Notes under the pieces: generated by a model
What the model was told of the DNA's origin: nothing
Seen by the model: only the letters and a program-made list of their open reading frames with translations
The model's database searches: none
Program-made: the position numbers and the translations under genes
In this document: positions 1 through 10,130 of the stretch, piece by piece
Layout: each line of letters opens with the position of its first letter
How positions within the stretch are numbered: position 1 is the first letter of the stretch
Source: Anaerolineae bacterium
GTDB lineage: Bacteria; Chloroflexota; Anaerolineae; B4-G1; DUEL01
DNA: 36,909 bases
Reading direction: 5' to 3'
Assembly (NCBI GenBank): GCA_029932895.1
Contig: JAOZPF010000001.1
Span: 1-36,909, forward strand

Positions 1-1492
<1,492 letters not shown>

Positions 1493-1535
1493 TTTCTCTT
1501 CTCCTCGCTGATGATTTTCGTGCCAGCGCATGCAC

Positions 1536-1821
1536 CTACAAAAAAGCCCCTTCGTCTCAGGGACGAAGGGGCGCTCCGCGGTACCACCCTGACTTGGAGG
1601 ACGGCCCTGCCTGGCAGGGCGTCTCCCGCTTTCGGCCTGATAACGGAGGCTAACCGTCGCCGCTTACTGACCGTTTCACCGGCGCAACTCCCAGGCGAGT
1701 TCGGCCTTGGTGAGGGCGCTCCCCCGGGGCGCCATCTGCCGGGCTTTCACCTGGTTTTTCCCGGCTCGCTGAGGGGATGACCTACTACTCCTGTTCGCAG
1801 TGTTTCTCAATGTGATTGTTG
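1536..1821 (-). promoter_or_regulatory. T-box leader (tRNA-sensing riboswitch), probable Leu specifier, controlling leuS
   Basis: The minus strand reads AGUCAGGGUGGUACCGCGGAG (complement of 1575-1595), matching the conserved T-box core GGGUGGUACCGCG. A terminator hairpin follows directly. Upstream there are AGCGAG and GGUGAAA stem-I-like motifs, and a GAA-CUC-G context (CUC = complement of 1697-1699) is a candidate Leu specifier. Confidence 0.85.
1538..1572 (-). terminator. intrinsic terminator of the T-box leader
   Basis: Minus strand GCCCCUUCGUC-CCUGA-GACGAAGGGGC (11-bp stem; arms 1546-1556 and 1562-1572), followed by U6 (1540-1545). Confidence 0.85.
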
Positions 1822-1827
1822 GCTCAC

Positions 1828-1856
1828 ATTCTACCGCAGATTGGCGTAATGGTCAA
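1828..1856 (-). promoter_or_regulatory. sigma-70-type promoter for the T-box/leuS transcript
   Basis: Minus strand TTGACC (1856-1851), 17-nt spacer, TAGAAT (1833-1828). The TAG of the -10 box is the miaA stop codon. Confidence 0.5.
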
Positions 1857-2802
1857 GGGGGGCGAGGTCGAGGTCCTCCAGCCAGCGGGCGATGGCATCA
1901 CCGATCTCGGCCGGCCCGTGCTCCGTCACGTCGAACCAGCGGATGCGGGGGTCGCGGAGGCGGAACCAGTTGTACTGGCGGCGGATAAAGCGGTGGGTGG
2001 CCCGCTTGATCTCGGCGCTCACGTCGGCCAGCGTCGCTTGGCCCTCAAAGTAGGGGCGGAACTGGATGTAGCCCAGCCCAGACATTGCCGGTAGCTCCCA
2101 CCCATACCCCGCCGCCACCAGCCCCCGCACCTCCTCCTCCAACCCCGCCGCCATCATCGTCTCCACCCGGTCGTCGGCGCGGGCGTAGAGGGCGGCTCGC
2201 TCCATCGTGAGGCCCACCTGCAGGACGTGGTAGGGCGGGGGAGTGCGAGTGCGCTGGGCGGAAAAGGGCCGGCCGGTGAGCAGGCAGACCTCCATGGCGC
2301 GGACGACGCGGCGGATGTTGCGGGGGTCGATCCGCGCCGCTGCCTCTGGATCGAGGGCCGCCAGGCGGGCGTGGAGGGCCTGGGGCCCTTCTTGTTGCGC
2401 CTGCGTCTCCAGCCGGGCCCGCAGGGCGGGGTCCGGTGGGACGGCGGGAGGAGCCCAGCCCTCGACCACGGCGCGGACGTACTGACCGGTCCCGCCCACT
2501 AGCAGTGGCAGTCGCCCGCGACTGTGTATGGCAGCGATGGCCTGTTGTGCCAGTTGCTTGAACTGGGCCAGTCCCACCGTCTCGTCGGGGGCGGCGATGT
2601 CGATGAGGTGATGCGGGACGCGGGCTCGCTCCTGCGTCGTGGGTTTGGCTGTGCCGATGTCCATCCCCCGGTAAAAGAGGCGGGAGTCGGCCGAGACCAC
2701 CTCTCCCCCAAACCGCTCGGCCAAGGCGAGGGAGAAGACAGTCTTGCCCACCGCCGTCGGGCCGACGATGACCAGCAGGGGATGTGACTTTGTCATAGCC
2801 AT
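1831..2802 (-). CDS. miaA: tRNA dimethylallyltransferase
   Basis: 323-aa ORF. N-terminal P-loop LLVIVGPTAVGKT, then SADSRLFYRGMDIGTAKPT and HHLIDI, all typical of MiaA. Confidence 0.93.
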   Translation of the reverse strand: MAMTKSHPLLVIVGPTAVGKTVFSLALAERFGGEVVSADSRLFYRGMDIGTAKPTTQERARVPHHLIDIAAPDETVGLAQFKQLAQQAIAAIHSRGRLPLLVGGTGQYVRAVVEGWAPPAVPPDPALRARLETQAQQEGPQALHARLAALDPEAAARIDPRNIRRVVRAMEVCLLTGRPFSAQRTRTPPPYHVLQVGLTMERAALYARADDRVETMMAAGLEEEVRGLVAAGYGWELPAMSGLGYIQFRPYFEGQATLADVSAEIKRATHRFIRRQYNWFRLRDPRIRWFDVTEHGPAEIGDAIARWLEDLDLAPLDHYANLR

Positions 2803-2826
2803 CTCTTCTCAAGGCGCGGTGCCGTT

Positions 2827-3195
2827 TCAGCGTTCGACCGCGCTCTCCAGTACCTCCACTCGCAACAGTCTCCCGGCCCGGTCCATCTCCACTGCCACCA
2901 GGTCCAGCCGCCAGGCCACATCGTCTATTTCGTGCGCGGCGAGGTAGCATTCGGCCACAGCGACCATTCGCGCTTGCTTGGCGGGGGTGAGAGATTCCTC
3001 CGGCGTGCCAAAGTCGCGGCCACGGCGGGTGCGGACCTCCACAAAGACCCACGCGCCGTCGTGGCGGGCGACGATGTCCACCTCGCCGGCCTGGCAGCGC
3101 CAATTCCGCGCGACGATCTCGTAGCCGCGGCGGGCCAGCTCACGGGCGGCCAGTTCCTCACCCTGACGGCCCAGTCCCACGCGATTGCGGTTCAC
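2827..3195 (-). CDS. yraN: YraN-family (UPF0102) predicted endonuclease
   Basis: 122 aa. GRQGEELAARELARRGYEIVARNWRCQAGEVDIVA...VFVEVRTRR matches the YraN/UPF0102 pattern. The GTG start overlaps the upstream stop (GTGA, 3192-3195). Confidence 0.85.
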   Translation of the reverse strand: MNRNRVGLGRQGEELAARELARRGYEIVARNWRCQAGEVDIVARHDGAWVFVEVRTRRGRDFGTPEESLTPAKQARMVAVAECYLAAHEIDDVAWRLDLVAVEMDRAGRLLRVEVLESAVER

Positions 3196-4346
3196 CGTTT
3201 CCTCCGGCGTCGTTCCTCCACCAGTCGCTCGTAGTGGGCCAGAAGCTGGGCGGAGGTGCGGCGGATGTCGAACCGGGCCCGAATCCGTCGTGCTCCCACG
3301 GCCAGCCGGGCTCGCAGTTCGGCATCTGTCGCCAGGCGTGTCATCCGATCGGCGAAGGCGTCCACATCCCTGGGGCTCAACAGGCCGTTTTTCTCTTCCT
3401 CAATGGTATCTTCGATGCCTGGAGATAGGATGCCCAGGGTTGGCAGGCCTGCCGCGAGTGCCTCAAGCAGGGCCAGCGGGTGCACTTCGGAGACGGAGGC
3501 GGTGACAAAAAAGTCCGCCATCACCAGCCAATTGGGAACCTGCTCATACGGCACAGCTCCTACCAGGTGGACTCGCTGAGCCAGGCCGGTCCAGGAGATC
3601 AGCTCCCGAATGTGTTCACTCTGTGGACCATCGCCGATGATGGCGAGGTGGAGGTCAGGGGCCTTTGTGGCGGCCCGGCTGAAAGCGCGCAGGAGAAAGA
3701 CCACGTTCTTCTCTGCCGCCACTCTTCCCACAAAGACAGCCACGCAGGCTTCCTCTGGTAGCCCTAGAGCAGCTTTGGTGAGGGGGGCGGTGGGGTTGGC
3801 GATGCGTTTCACTTCCACCCCGTTGGGTATGACCTCGATGGGAGTGTTGACCCCCATCACTTTCAGCCGCTTGGCGATGTGGCGGCATGGGGCCACGACC
3901 AAGTCGCACTGGTTGGCGAAACGGGGCAGATAGGTTTCGAGCACGTTCTCGGAGAGAGGGGCGGGCACAAAGGGGAGGTAGTAGCGAGCATAGAGGTCAT
4001 ACCTAGTGTGGTTGGTAAAGACAATGGGAACATTGACCTTGCGAGAGATGCGGAGTGCCTGGCGGCCGGCCAGGAAGGGGTGGTGGACGTGAAGGACGTC
4101 CATCTGCTCAGCCAGTCGTCGGGCCCGAGGGGAATAACGGAAGCTCAGGTTGTAGCCGGTATCCGAGAGGGGGACCGCCGGGGAGCGAATGACGTTGGGT
4201 TCGAGGTCCTGGTATTCCTCGTGACCGATGGTAAAGACATAGACCTCATGCCCCCACGATTCCAGGGTCTTTTTGTGGAGAGCGATAAAGTTGGTCACGC
4301 CGTTGATGACCGGCTTGTAGCAGTCGGTCAGTTGTCCAATACGCAA
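3192..4346 (-). CDS. GT4-family (group 1) glycosyltransferase, possibly a lipid glycosyltransferase
   Basis: 384 aa. N-terminus MRIGQLTDCYKPVINGVTNF resembles the alMGS/SqdX type. The C-terminal half has GRVAAEKN and the E..P.ALLEALAAG.P motif of GT-B retaining enzymes. Confidence 0.8.
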   Translation of the reverse strand: MRIGQLTDCYKPVINGVTNFIALHKKTLESWGHEVYVFTIGHEEYQDLEPNVIRSPAVPLSDTGYNLSFRYSPRARRLAEQMDVLHVHHPFLAGRQALRISRKVNVPIVFTNHTRYDLYARYYLPFVPAPLSENVLETYLPRFANQCDLVVAPCRHIAKRLKVMGVNTPIEVIPNGVEVKRIANPTAPLTKAALGLPEEACVAVFVGRVAAEKNVVFLLRAFSRAATKAPDLHLAIIGDGPQSEHIRELISWTGLAQRVHLVGAVPYEQVPNWLVMADFFVTASVSEVHPLALLEALAAGLPTLGILSPGIEDTIEEEKNGLLSPRDVDAFADRMTRLATDAELRARLAVGARRIRARFDIRRTSAQLLAHYERLVEERRRRKR

Positions 4347-4356
4347 GAGCTACCCC

Positions 4357-4863
4357 CTAGCGGTCGAAATAGATCGACTTGCCGGTGGCGGAGAGGGGGA
4401 TGGCCATCACGATGTCGGCGTCGATCAGGCCCAGCTCCCGTGCTACGACCGCCGCGCGGTACATGACGCGGTTGTCCACGTTGAGCATCCCGGCGGTCTT
4501 GACCGCCGAGCCGATAGCGATGCCCAGATCTATGAGCCGGATCGCGCACTGCGGGCCGCGGAACTCGCCATCCACTGTGTTGAGCTCGACGCAGGTCTCA
4601 CTGCCACAGGCAGCGCAGTCCAGCCCCAGCACGTCGGCGTCCTTCAGGCCGATAAGCACCATCGCCTCCGAGTCGAGCACGTTCTGTCCGTCGCGGTCAA
4701 AGTTGCCCTTGCCGCTGCGTTCGCCGTAGGCGAACATCGCCTCGCCGAGACGGTGCAACTCTTGCCCCTCTATGATCTTGACCACGACAAAATCGCGCCC
4801 CGCCGCCTTGGGCGCGGTGCGGGCAGAGATCTCCATCAGTTCGGCCACTGTCCGCAGGTTCAT
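4357..4863 (-). CDS. DUF2148 ferredoxin-domain protein
   Basis: Start chosen at MNLRTVAELMEISARTAPKAAG (ATG 4863-4861). The upstream part of track ORF 4357..5256 overlaps the OsmC gene in another frame. Contains a C..C....C cluster (LDCAACGSETC). ATGA overlap with the OsmC stop. Confidence 0.75.
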   Translation of the reverse strand: MNLRTVAELMEISARTAPKAAGRDFVVVKIIEGQELHRLGEAMFAYGERSGKGNFDRDGQNVLDSEAMVLIGLKDADVLGLDCAACGSETCVELNTVDGEFRGPQCAIRLIDLGIAIGSAVKTAGMLNVDNRVMYRAAVVARELGLIDADIVMAIPLSATGKSIYFDR

Positions 4864-5276
4864 GCTTCCTCCTTTATGGTGTAGTCGTAGGTGATCTCGG
4901 CCGCAGCCTCGAGGGTGGTTCCTACAGAGCAGTACTTGTTCTTGGAAAGCTCGATGGCGTCCTGCACCGCCTTCTCGCTCAACCCCCGCCCGCGCAGCCG
5001 GTAGGAGAGGTGGATGTGGCGGTAGGTCCAGGGTGGGTCCGGTTCCTGTTCCCCGGTGACAGAGACCTCCAGCCCGGTGAGCTGTTGCCGTTTCTTGGTC
5101 AGGATGTTGACCACGTCGTAGGCGGTACAGCCGCCCAGTGCCACCAGCAACAACTGAGTGGGGCTCATCCCGGTGCCGTTCTCCCTGTTCTGGCTTGACA
5201 TCACCACCGAGTGTTTGGTGGCGTCGGTTCCCACAAATTGGAGTTTTTCCAGCCATTTCACGTGTACTGTAGCCAT
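4860..5276 (-). CDS. OsmC/Ohr-family peroxiredoxin-like protein
   Basis: 138 aa. LLLVALGGCTAYDV and NKYCSVGTTL carry the two conserved Cys of the OsmC family. Confidence 0.85.
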   Translation of the reverse strand: MATVHVKWLEKLQFVGTDATKHSVVMSSQNRENGTGMSPTQLLLVALGGCTAYDVVNILTKKRQQLTGLEVSVTGEQEPDPPWTYRHIHLSYRLRGRGLSEKAVQDAIELSKNKYCSVGTTLEAAAEITYDYTIKEEA

Positions 5277-5301
5277 AGAGCCCTCCTTCAGGTGTTGCGT
5301 A

Positions 5302-6078
5302 TTACATATTGCGTAGTAACCGTTGTAGCTGTCGCGCTGTCCCCACCGCTTGCCCCTGCCAGTGGTTGTTCATATAGACGAGAGTGAGAGAGGCCGCTTC
5401 ATCCAATTGGTGGATCTTGGGCACCCACTCTGCCAATTCCTCGTCGGTGTAGCTATAGTTGTACCGTTCCCAGGCCTCGTCGTGTTGCCACCACTTGGCG
5501 GCGTTGCGGCCGTGGAAACGGACATAGGCGATGGGGCCGGTCGCTATGGCTAGCGGGGGGACCAATCCCTTGAGTCGGGGCTGGTCGACGCAGCAAAAGC
5601 CCAGCCCCAACTCGCGCAGCATATCAAAGGTTCGCTCCGTGATCCAGTCCGTCCCACGGAACTCGACCACCAGTGGCAGATCGCCGAACCCGTCCCGCAG
5701 GCGGCGCAGGTAGGCGCGGTTCTCCTCGTTGGCGTGGAAAGAGTGGGGGAACTGGGCGAGCACGCAGGCGAACTTGGCGCGCTCCCGGAGCGGGGCCAGG
5801 CTGTTGGTGAACTGGCGGATGAGCGGGTCCGGCTCCTCCCGTTCGTGGGTGATCCCCTTGTATGCCTTGAGGGCGAACAGGAACCCCTGCGGCACCTTGT
5901 CCGCCATCCGCTCCAGGGTGCGCGGATTGGGGATGCGGTAATAGGAAAAGTTGAGCTCACAGGTGGGGAACTCGGCCGCGTAAAAGCGGAGCCAGTCCGC
6001 CTTGGGCAGGTCCGGCGGGTAGACCGGGCCGACCCAGTCTTTATAACTGAAACCGCTGGTGCCGAGCAGAATGGTCAA
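5302..6078 (-). CDS. DUF72 (YecE-like) protein
   Basis: 258 aa. LGTSGFSYKDWVGPVYP...FYAAEFPTCELNFSYYR is the characteristic DUF72 N-terminus. Confidence 0.85.
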   Translation of the reverse strand: MTILLGTSGFSYKDWVGPVYPPDLPKADWLRFYAAEFPTCELNFSYYRIPNPRTLERMADKVPQGFLFALKAYKGITHEREEPDPLIRQFTNSLAPLRERAKFACVLAQFPHSFHANEENRAYLRRLRDGFGDLPLVVEFRGTDWITERTFDMLRELGLGFCCVDQPRLKGLVPPLAIATGPIAYVRFHGRNAAKWWQHDEAWERYNYSYTDEELAEWVPKIHQLDEAASLTLVYMNNHWQGQAVGTARQLQRLLRNM

Positions 6079-6090
6079 AGGGTGGTTCTC

Positions 6091-8109
6091 CTACTCGCTG
6101 CCCGTCAGGCTGGCTTTGAAAGCCTCTTCCTGGTCCTCGGTGGTGAGGGCGATGATGACGTCATCCGCCTCCAGGCGCGTCTGACCACGGGGGATGAGGA
6201 TGTGGTGGCCCCGGCGGAGGGAGGCGACGATGCACTTGGGTGGAATACACAACTCTTGCAGCGTCTTGCCGACCGCGCCGTCCCCATCCCGCAGCCGGAT
6301 CTCCACCAGGCGGGTGCCGAGCTGGTGTTCCAGGCGGGCCCGTTCCGCCTGGGCCAACCGGCTCTGCTTGTCCATATAGGCGTGGGAGTAGGCGCGGATG
6401 ATGTCGCCCCGGCGCAGCATCCCAATCACGCGCTTGGGATTGGCCCGGTCCACAACCGGGATACGGCCCACGTCCAGCGAGCCAAAGTGGCGCAGCGCGT
6501 CCTCCAATGTCTCATCAGGGAAAGCGGTCCGCACGCGCGTAGTACAGACATCGCGCACGTGCCCGCTCATCAGCCGTTCTGACCCCGCCCGTTCCAGGTC
6601 CGCTAGAGTGACCACGCCAAAGAGGTTCTTGTTCTCGTCCAGCACCACCAGGCCGTGGTGGTGGGTCTCGTTAAAGATGCGGGCCAACTCTCGCAGTGGC
6701 GTATCGGCGGTGACGGTGGCCATCTGGTCGATAGGCGTCATCGCCTCGGCCACCATGATGGCCTGCATCAGGTTGAGGTCTTTGCCGGCAAAGACGTCAA
6801 TGCCACGTCGCTTGAGCTTGAGGGTGTAGATGCTCTCGCGGTCCAGCCACCGCGCGACAACGGCGCTGAGGACAGTAGCCAGCATCAGGGGCAGGATGAT
6901 GCGATAGTCCTGGGTCATTTCAAAGAGGATGAGGATGGAGGTGATGGGGGCGCGGGCGGCGGCGGCAAAGACGGCCGACATACCCACCAGCGCGTAGGCG
7001 GCTGGCGTGGCGGTCCCTGCCGGCATCCAGCGGTGGACTATCAGCCCGAAGAGGCCGCCGAGCATCGAACCGACAAAGAGGGAGGGGGCAAAGACCCCGC
7101 CGGAGCCGCCGGAGCCGATGGTGGCCGAGGTAGCCAGGATTTTGAGCAGGATGAGGAGGGCGACAGCGCCGACCAGTAGCTGGTTGTGGAGGACGGCGGT
7201 GATAGCCCCGTACCCCACGCCGAACAACTGAGGAAACCAGAATCCGAGCAGTCCCATCAGCACGCCGCCCACCGCTGGTTTGAGGTACTCGGGAAAGTGC
7301 CAGGCATCGAACAGGTCCTCGAACCAGTAGAGGCAGCGGGTGAACCCCACGCCGACGAAAGCGGCGACGACGCCGAGGAGAGCGTAGACAGGCAGTTCCC
7401 AGGCGCTGACAGGAGCGTAGGGAGGGATGGGGAATGCCGGCACGTCGCCCAGAAAGATGCGCCCGATGACGCTAGAGGCGACGGAGGCGACCACGACCGT
7501 GGTGAACTGCATCAGGCCGAACTCGGCCAGAATGATCTCCAGAGCGAACATCACCCCGGCGATGGGGGCATTGAAGGTGGCTGCGATCCCCGCCGCTGCG
7601 CCGCAGGCGACCAGGTTCTTGGTTCGCTCGTCGGAGAGGTGGAGGAGGCGGCCAAAGGTGGAGCCGAGGGCGGAGCCGATCTGGACGATGGGTCCCTCCC
7701 GTCCGGCTGACCCGCCGCTGCCGATGCAGATGGAGGAGGCCAGGGATTTGACCACGACGACGATGGGGCGGATGTGACCGCCGTGCAGGACGACGGCCTC
7801 CATCACCTCCGGCACGCCGTGTCCCTTGGCCTCGCGGGCCAGGAAATAGATCATCGGCCCGACCAACAACCCGCCGAGGGCCGGGACGATGATGACATAA
7901 TAAGGCCCCATAAAGGCCAGCCACTCCCCCAGTGTGTCAAAGTAGAAATGGTGAAAGGAGCCGATGAGCCAACGGAAGATGACCGCGCCGAACCCGCCTC
8001 CAATTCCGACCAGGAGAGCCAGCAGCACCATCACGGCGCTCTCCGAGGTCCAGAAGCGGTTGTAGGCAGTCGAGACGCGGTCCTGCAAGCGAGCTGCGTT
8101 GTGGGTCAT
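6091..8109 (-). CDS. ClC-family chloride channel/antiporter with C-terminal CBS pair and TrkA_C (RCK_C) domain
   Basis: ClC motifs GHGVPEV, GREGPIVQIG and GGVFAPS, followed by two CBS-like repeats and a TrkA_C-like tail (RLVEIRLRDGDGAVGKTLQEL...EADDVIIALT). Start set at ATG 8109 (MTHNAARL), which has AGAGGAGAA upstream. GTG 8130 is an alternative. Confidence 0.88.
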   Translation of the reverse strand: MTHNAARLQDRVSTAYNRFWTSESAVMVLLALLVGIGGGFGAVIFRWLIGSFHHFYFDTLGEWLAFMGPYYVIIVPALGGLLVGPMIYFLAREAKGHGVPEVMEAVVLHGGHIRPIVVVVKSLASSICIGSGGSAGREGPIVQIGSALGSTFGRLLHLSDERTKNLVACGAAAGIAATFNAPIAGVMFALEIILAEFGLMQFTTVVVASVASSVIGRIFLGDVPAFPIPPYAPVSAWELPVYALLGVVAAFVGVGFTRCLYWFEDLFDAWHFPEYLKPAVGGVLMGLLGFWFPQLFGVGYGAITAVLHNQLLVGAVALLILLKILATSATIGSGGSGGVFAPSLFVGSMLGGLFGLIVHRWMPAGTATPAAYALVGMSAVFAAAARAPITSILILFEMTQDYRIILPLMLATVLSAVVARWLDRESIYTLKLKRRGIDVFAGKDLNLMQAIMVAEAMTPIDQMATVTADTPLRELARIFNETHHHGLVVLDENKNLFGVVTLADLERAGSERLMSGHVRDVCTTRVRTAFPDETLEDALRHFGSLDVGRIPVVDRANPKRVIGMLRRGDIIRAYSHAYMDKQSRLAQAERARLEHQLGTRLVEIRLRDGDGAVGKTLQELCIPPKCIVASLRRGHHILIPRGQTRLEADDVIIALTTEDQEEAFKASLTGSE

Positions 8110-8202
8110 AGTTCTCCTCTGTACCTCCACAAGTATGGCCAGCGGAGGGGGCGCGGACGGGACAGTTGCCTGCCCCGTCCGTCTCCGCCCGCTGCGTGCG
8201 GA

Positions 8203-8745
8203 TCACTCAACCAGGTTGAAGTAGATGTCGGTGGGCTTAAATTTGGAGTTGCGCAGGAACCGCCCGCGCACTTTTTTGCCGATCCAGTGGGTGCCGGCCT
8301 CTGCGGGGTCTACCCCAAAGAGCCGTCCCAGGAACAGCGTGTCGCACTCGTCGAATTTGACCATTATCAGCACGTAGGGACATTGGGGCAGGAATTCTTC
8401 CGAGCCAAAGTGGCAGACGGTGAAGGCGTGGATGTGTCCCTCCGGCTCGATCTCGACCCACTCGGTCTCTTTGCCGCTGTACATATCGTGGCCGCGCGGG
8501 GTGGCGTAGGTGTAGCCGCTCTCTGGTTCGCGGGAGACGATAAAGCGCTTGTTGGCCAGCGCGGCGAAAAAGGGCGAGTCCTGCCCGTAGGAATAGTTGT
8601 ATATGGCGGTGTAGGGCTGCTTGATCACGATGGGCGACATCTGTTTCAGCGCCGAGAGGTCGTCGCCGGTGGGGAAGGGGACGTTAAAGATGGTGGTTCC
8701 CTCCAGGTTCTCCTCGATCTGCTTGGGAAACTCTTTTTCTGACAT
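8203..8745 (-). CDS. DUF35/OB-fold acyl-CoA-associated protein (thiolase partner), Cys-less zinc-ribbon region
   Basis: Start at MSEKEFPKQ (ATG 8745-8743; GGAGG upstream). The longer track ORF overlaps the thiolase 3' end. The C-terminal OB-fold-like segment (GHIHAFTVCHF...YVLIMVKFDE...LFGRL) and the position directly after a thiolase-like gene fit DUF35. Confidence 0.7.
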   Translation of the reverse strand: MSEKEFPKQIEENLEGTTIFNVPFPTGDDLSALKQMSPIVIKQPYTAIYNYSYGQDSPFFAALANKRFIVSREPESGYTYATPRGHDMYSGKETEWVEIEPEGHIHAFTVCHFGSEEFLPQCPYVLIMVKFDECDTLFLGRLFGVDPAEAGTHWIGKKVRGRFLRNSKFKPTDIYFNLVE

Positions 8746-8755
8746 CGCTCGCCTC

Positions 8756-10114
8756 CTACTCTTCCCGTTCCAGGATGCTGACAGTGACATAGGTACCGGT
8801 GCCGGCGTGGGAGTGGATGGCACCCCGATGGGCGTCTGGCACCTGAAGGGTGGGGTCACCAAAGTGCTTTTCGATGGTGTGTTGCAACTGCCAGATGGCA
8901 AAGACCGCCTGCATCAGGCCGGTCGCGCCGACAGGGTGACCGCAGGCGATCAGCCCGCCGGAGGGGTTGACCGGGCATACCGGTTCCTCTGGCAGGTCAA
9001 GCCCATAGTCGATGCCGGGCATGAACGCCTTGCCGCTGGCGGCAAATGCACCCCCCTCCCCATAGCGGCACAATCCCATGTCCTCATAGGTCTGGATCTC
9101 GGAAGAGGTGTAGGCATCGTGTAGCTCCACAAAGTCGATCTCGTGGAGCGGGTCGGTGATGCCGGCATTCTTGTACGCCTCTTTGCTGCCCATTCGCCCA
9201 GCGCGGAAGGAGTGAACGCCGGGGTAACGGAAGCCGTGGTCCCACAGCTCTTTGTAGTAGGCGCGGGAGTCGTCGTCCATCTCGTTGGGCAGGGCGTTGT
9301 AGCGGTAAAAGTCGTCGTAGGACTGGTGGGGCCGGTCGGCGAGGCGCATGGCATCGGTGCCGCGGCCGATGCCGCTGACGCGCACTTTGGGCAGCGAGCG
9401 TCCGGCCGCTTTCTCCAGCTTGGTCAGCCCGTCTTCGGAGCAGAGGACAGTGCAGGCCGCGCCGTCGCTCATCACGCAGATGTCGAGGCGGGTCAGCGGC
9501 CAGGCCACCATCGGCGCCGAGCGCACGTCCTCGATGGTCAGCCGCATCCGTTTCTGGGCATAGGGGTTGTGGTAGGCGTTGATGTGGTTCTTGACCGAGA
9601 CGTGGGCCAGTTGCTCCGGTGTGGTGCCGAACTCGGCCATGTGGCGGCTGACCATCATGGCATAGTAACCGGAGTAGAAACCGCCCACCGGGTAGTCGAA
9701 CGAGACGTCGGAGGCCAGGGCGATGAACTCGTTCCCCTTCCAGGTTTCGACATGGCTCATTTGCTCGAACCCGTAGCAGAGGACGACGTCGGCGTAGCCG
9801 GAGGCGACCGACTTCCAACCCTCCTGGAAGCAGATGCCGCCGGTAGCCCCGCCTCCTTCGACGCGGTGGGATGGCTTGGGCAGCATGCCGATATAGTCCT
9901 GGGCCATGATGGCGGCCATCAACTGGCGGGTGAAGTGGTCGGAAAAATACGAGGCCACTGTTGCATCTACCAGCTCCCAGAACTTGGGGTGCTCGATCCC
10001 CAGGTCGGCGATGGCGTAATCGTAGGCTTCCTTCACCAATGCCGGGAAGGTCTTGTCGGGCCGGGCCTTGGCGAACTTGGAGACCCCGCCCGAGACGGCA
10101 TATACTGGACGCAT
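8756..10114 (-). CDS. thiolase-like (SCP-x/archaeal-type) acetyl-CoA C-acyltransferase family protein
   Basis: 452 aa. MRPVYAVSGGVSKF..., GGGATGGICFQEG and a C-terminal NPSGGLIACGHPVGATG thiolase signature. AAGGAGG SD upstream. Confidence 0.85.
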   Translation of the reverse strand: MRPVYAVSGGVSKFAKARPDKTFPALVKEAYDYAIADLGIEHPKFWELVDATVASYFSDHFTRQLMAAIMAQDYIGMLPKPSHRVEGGGATGGICFQEGWKSVASGYADVVLCYGFEQMSHVETWKGNEFIALASDVSFDYPVGGFYSGYYAMMVSRHMAEFGTTPEQLAHVSVKNHINAYHNPYAQKRMRLTIEDVRSAPMVAWPLTRLDICVMSDGAACTVLCSEDGLTKLEKAAGRSLPKVRVSGIGRGTDAMRLADRPHQSYDDFYRYNALPNEMDDDSRAYYKELWDHGFRYPGVHSFRAGRMGSKEAYKNAGITDPLHEIDFVELHDAYTSSEIQTYEDMGLCRYGEGGAFAASGKAFMPGIDYGLDLPEEPVCPVNPSGGLIACGHPVGATGLMQAVFAIWQLQHTIEKHFGDPTLQVPDAHRGAIHSHAGTGTYVTVSILEREE

Positions 10115-10130
10115 AAAAGCACCTCCTTGA

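Noticed and set aside
8131-8202. GGACGGG...CCCGTCC 7-bp hairpin between the DUF35 gene and the ClC gene, considered as a terminator.
   Set aside because: No U-tract follows on the minus strand. It could just as well be incidental GC-rich pairing, so I did not call it.
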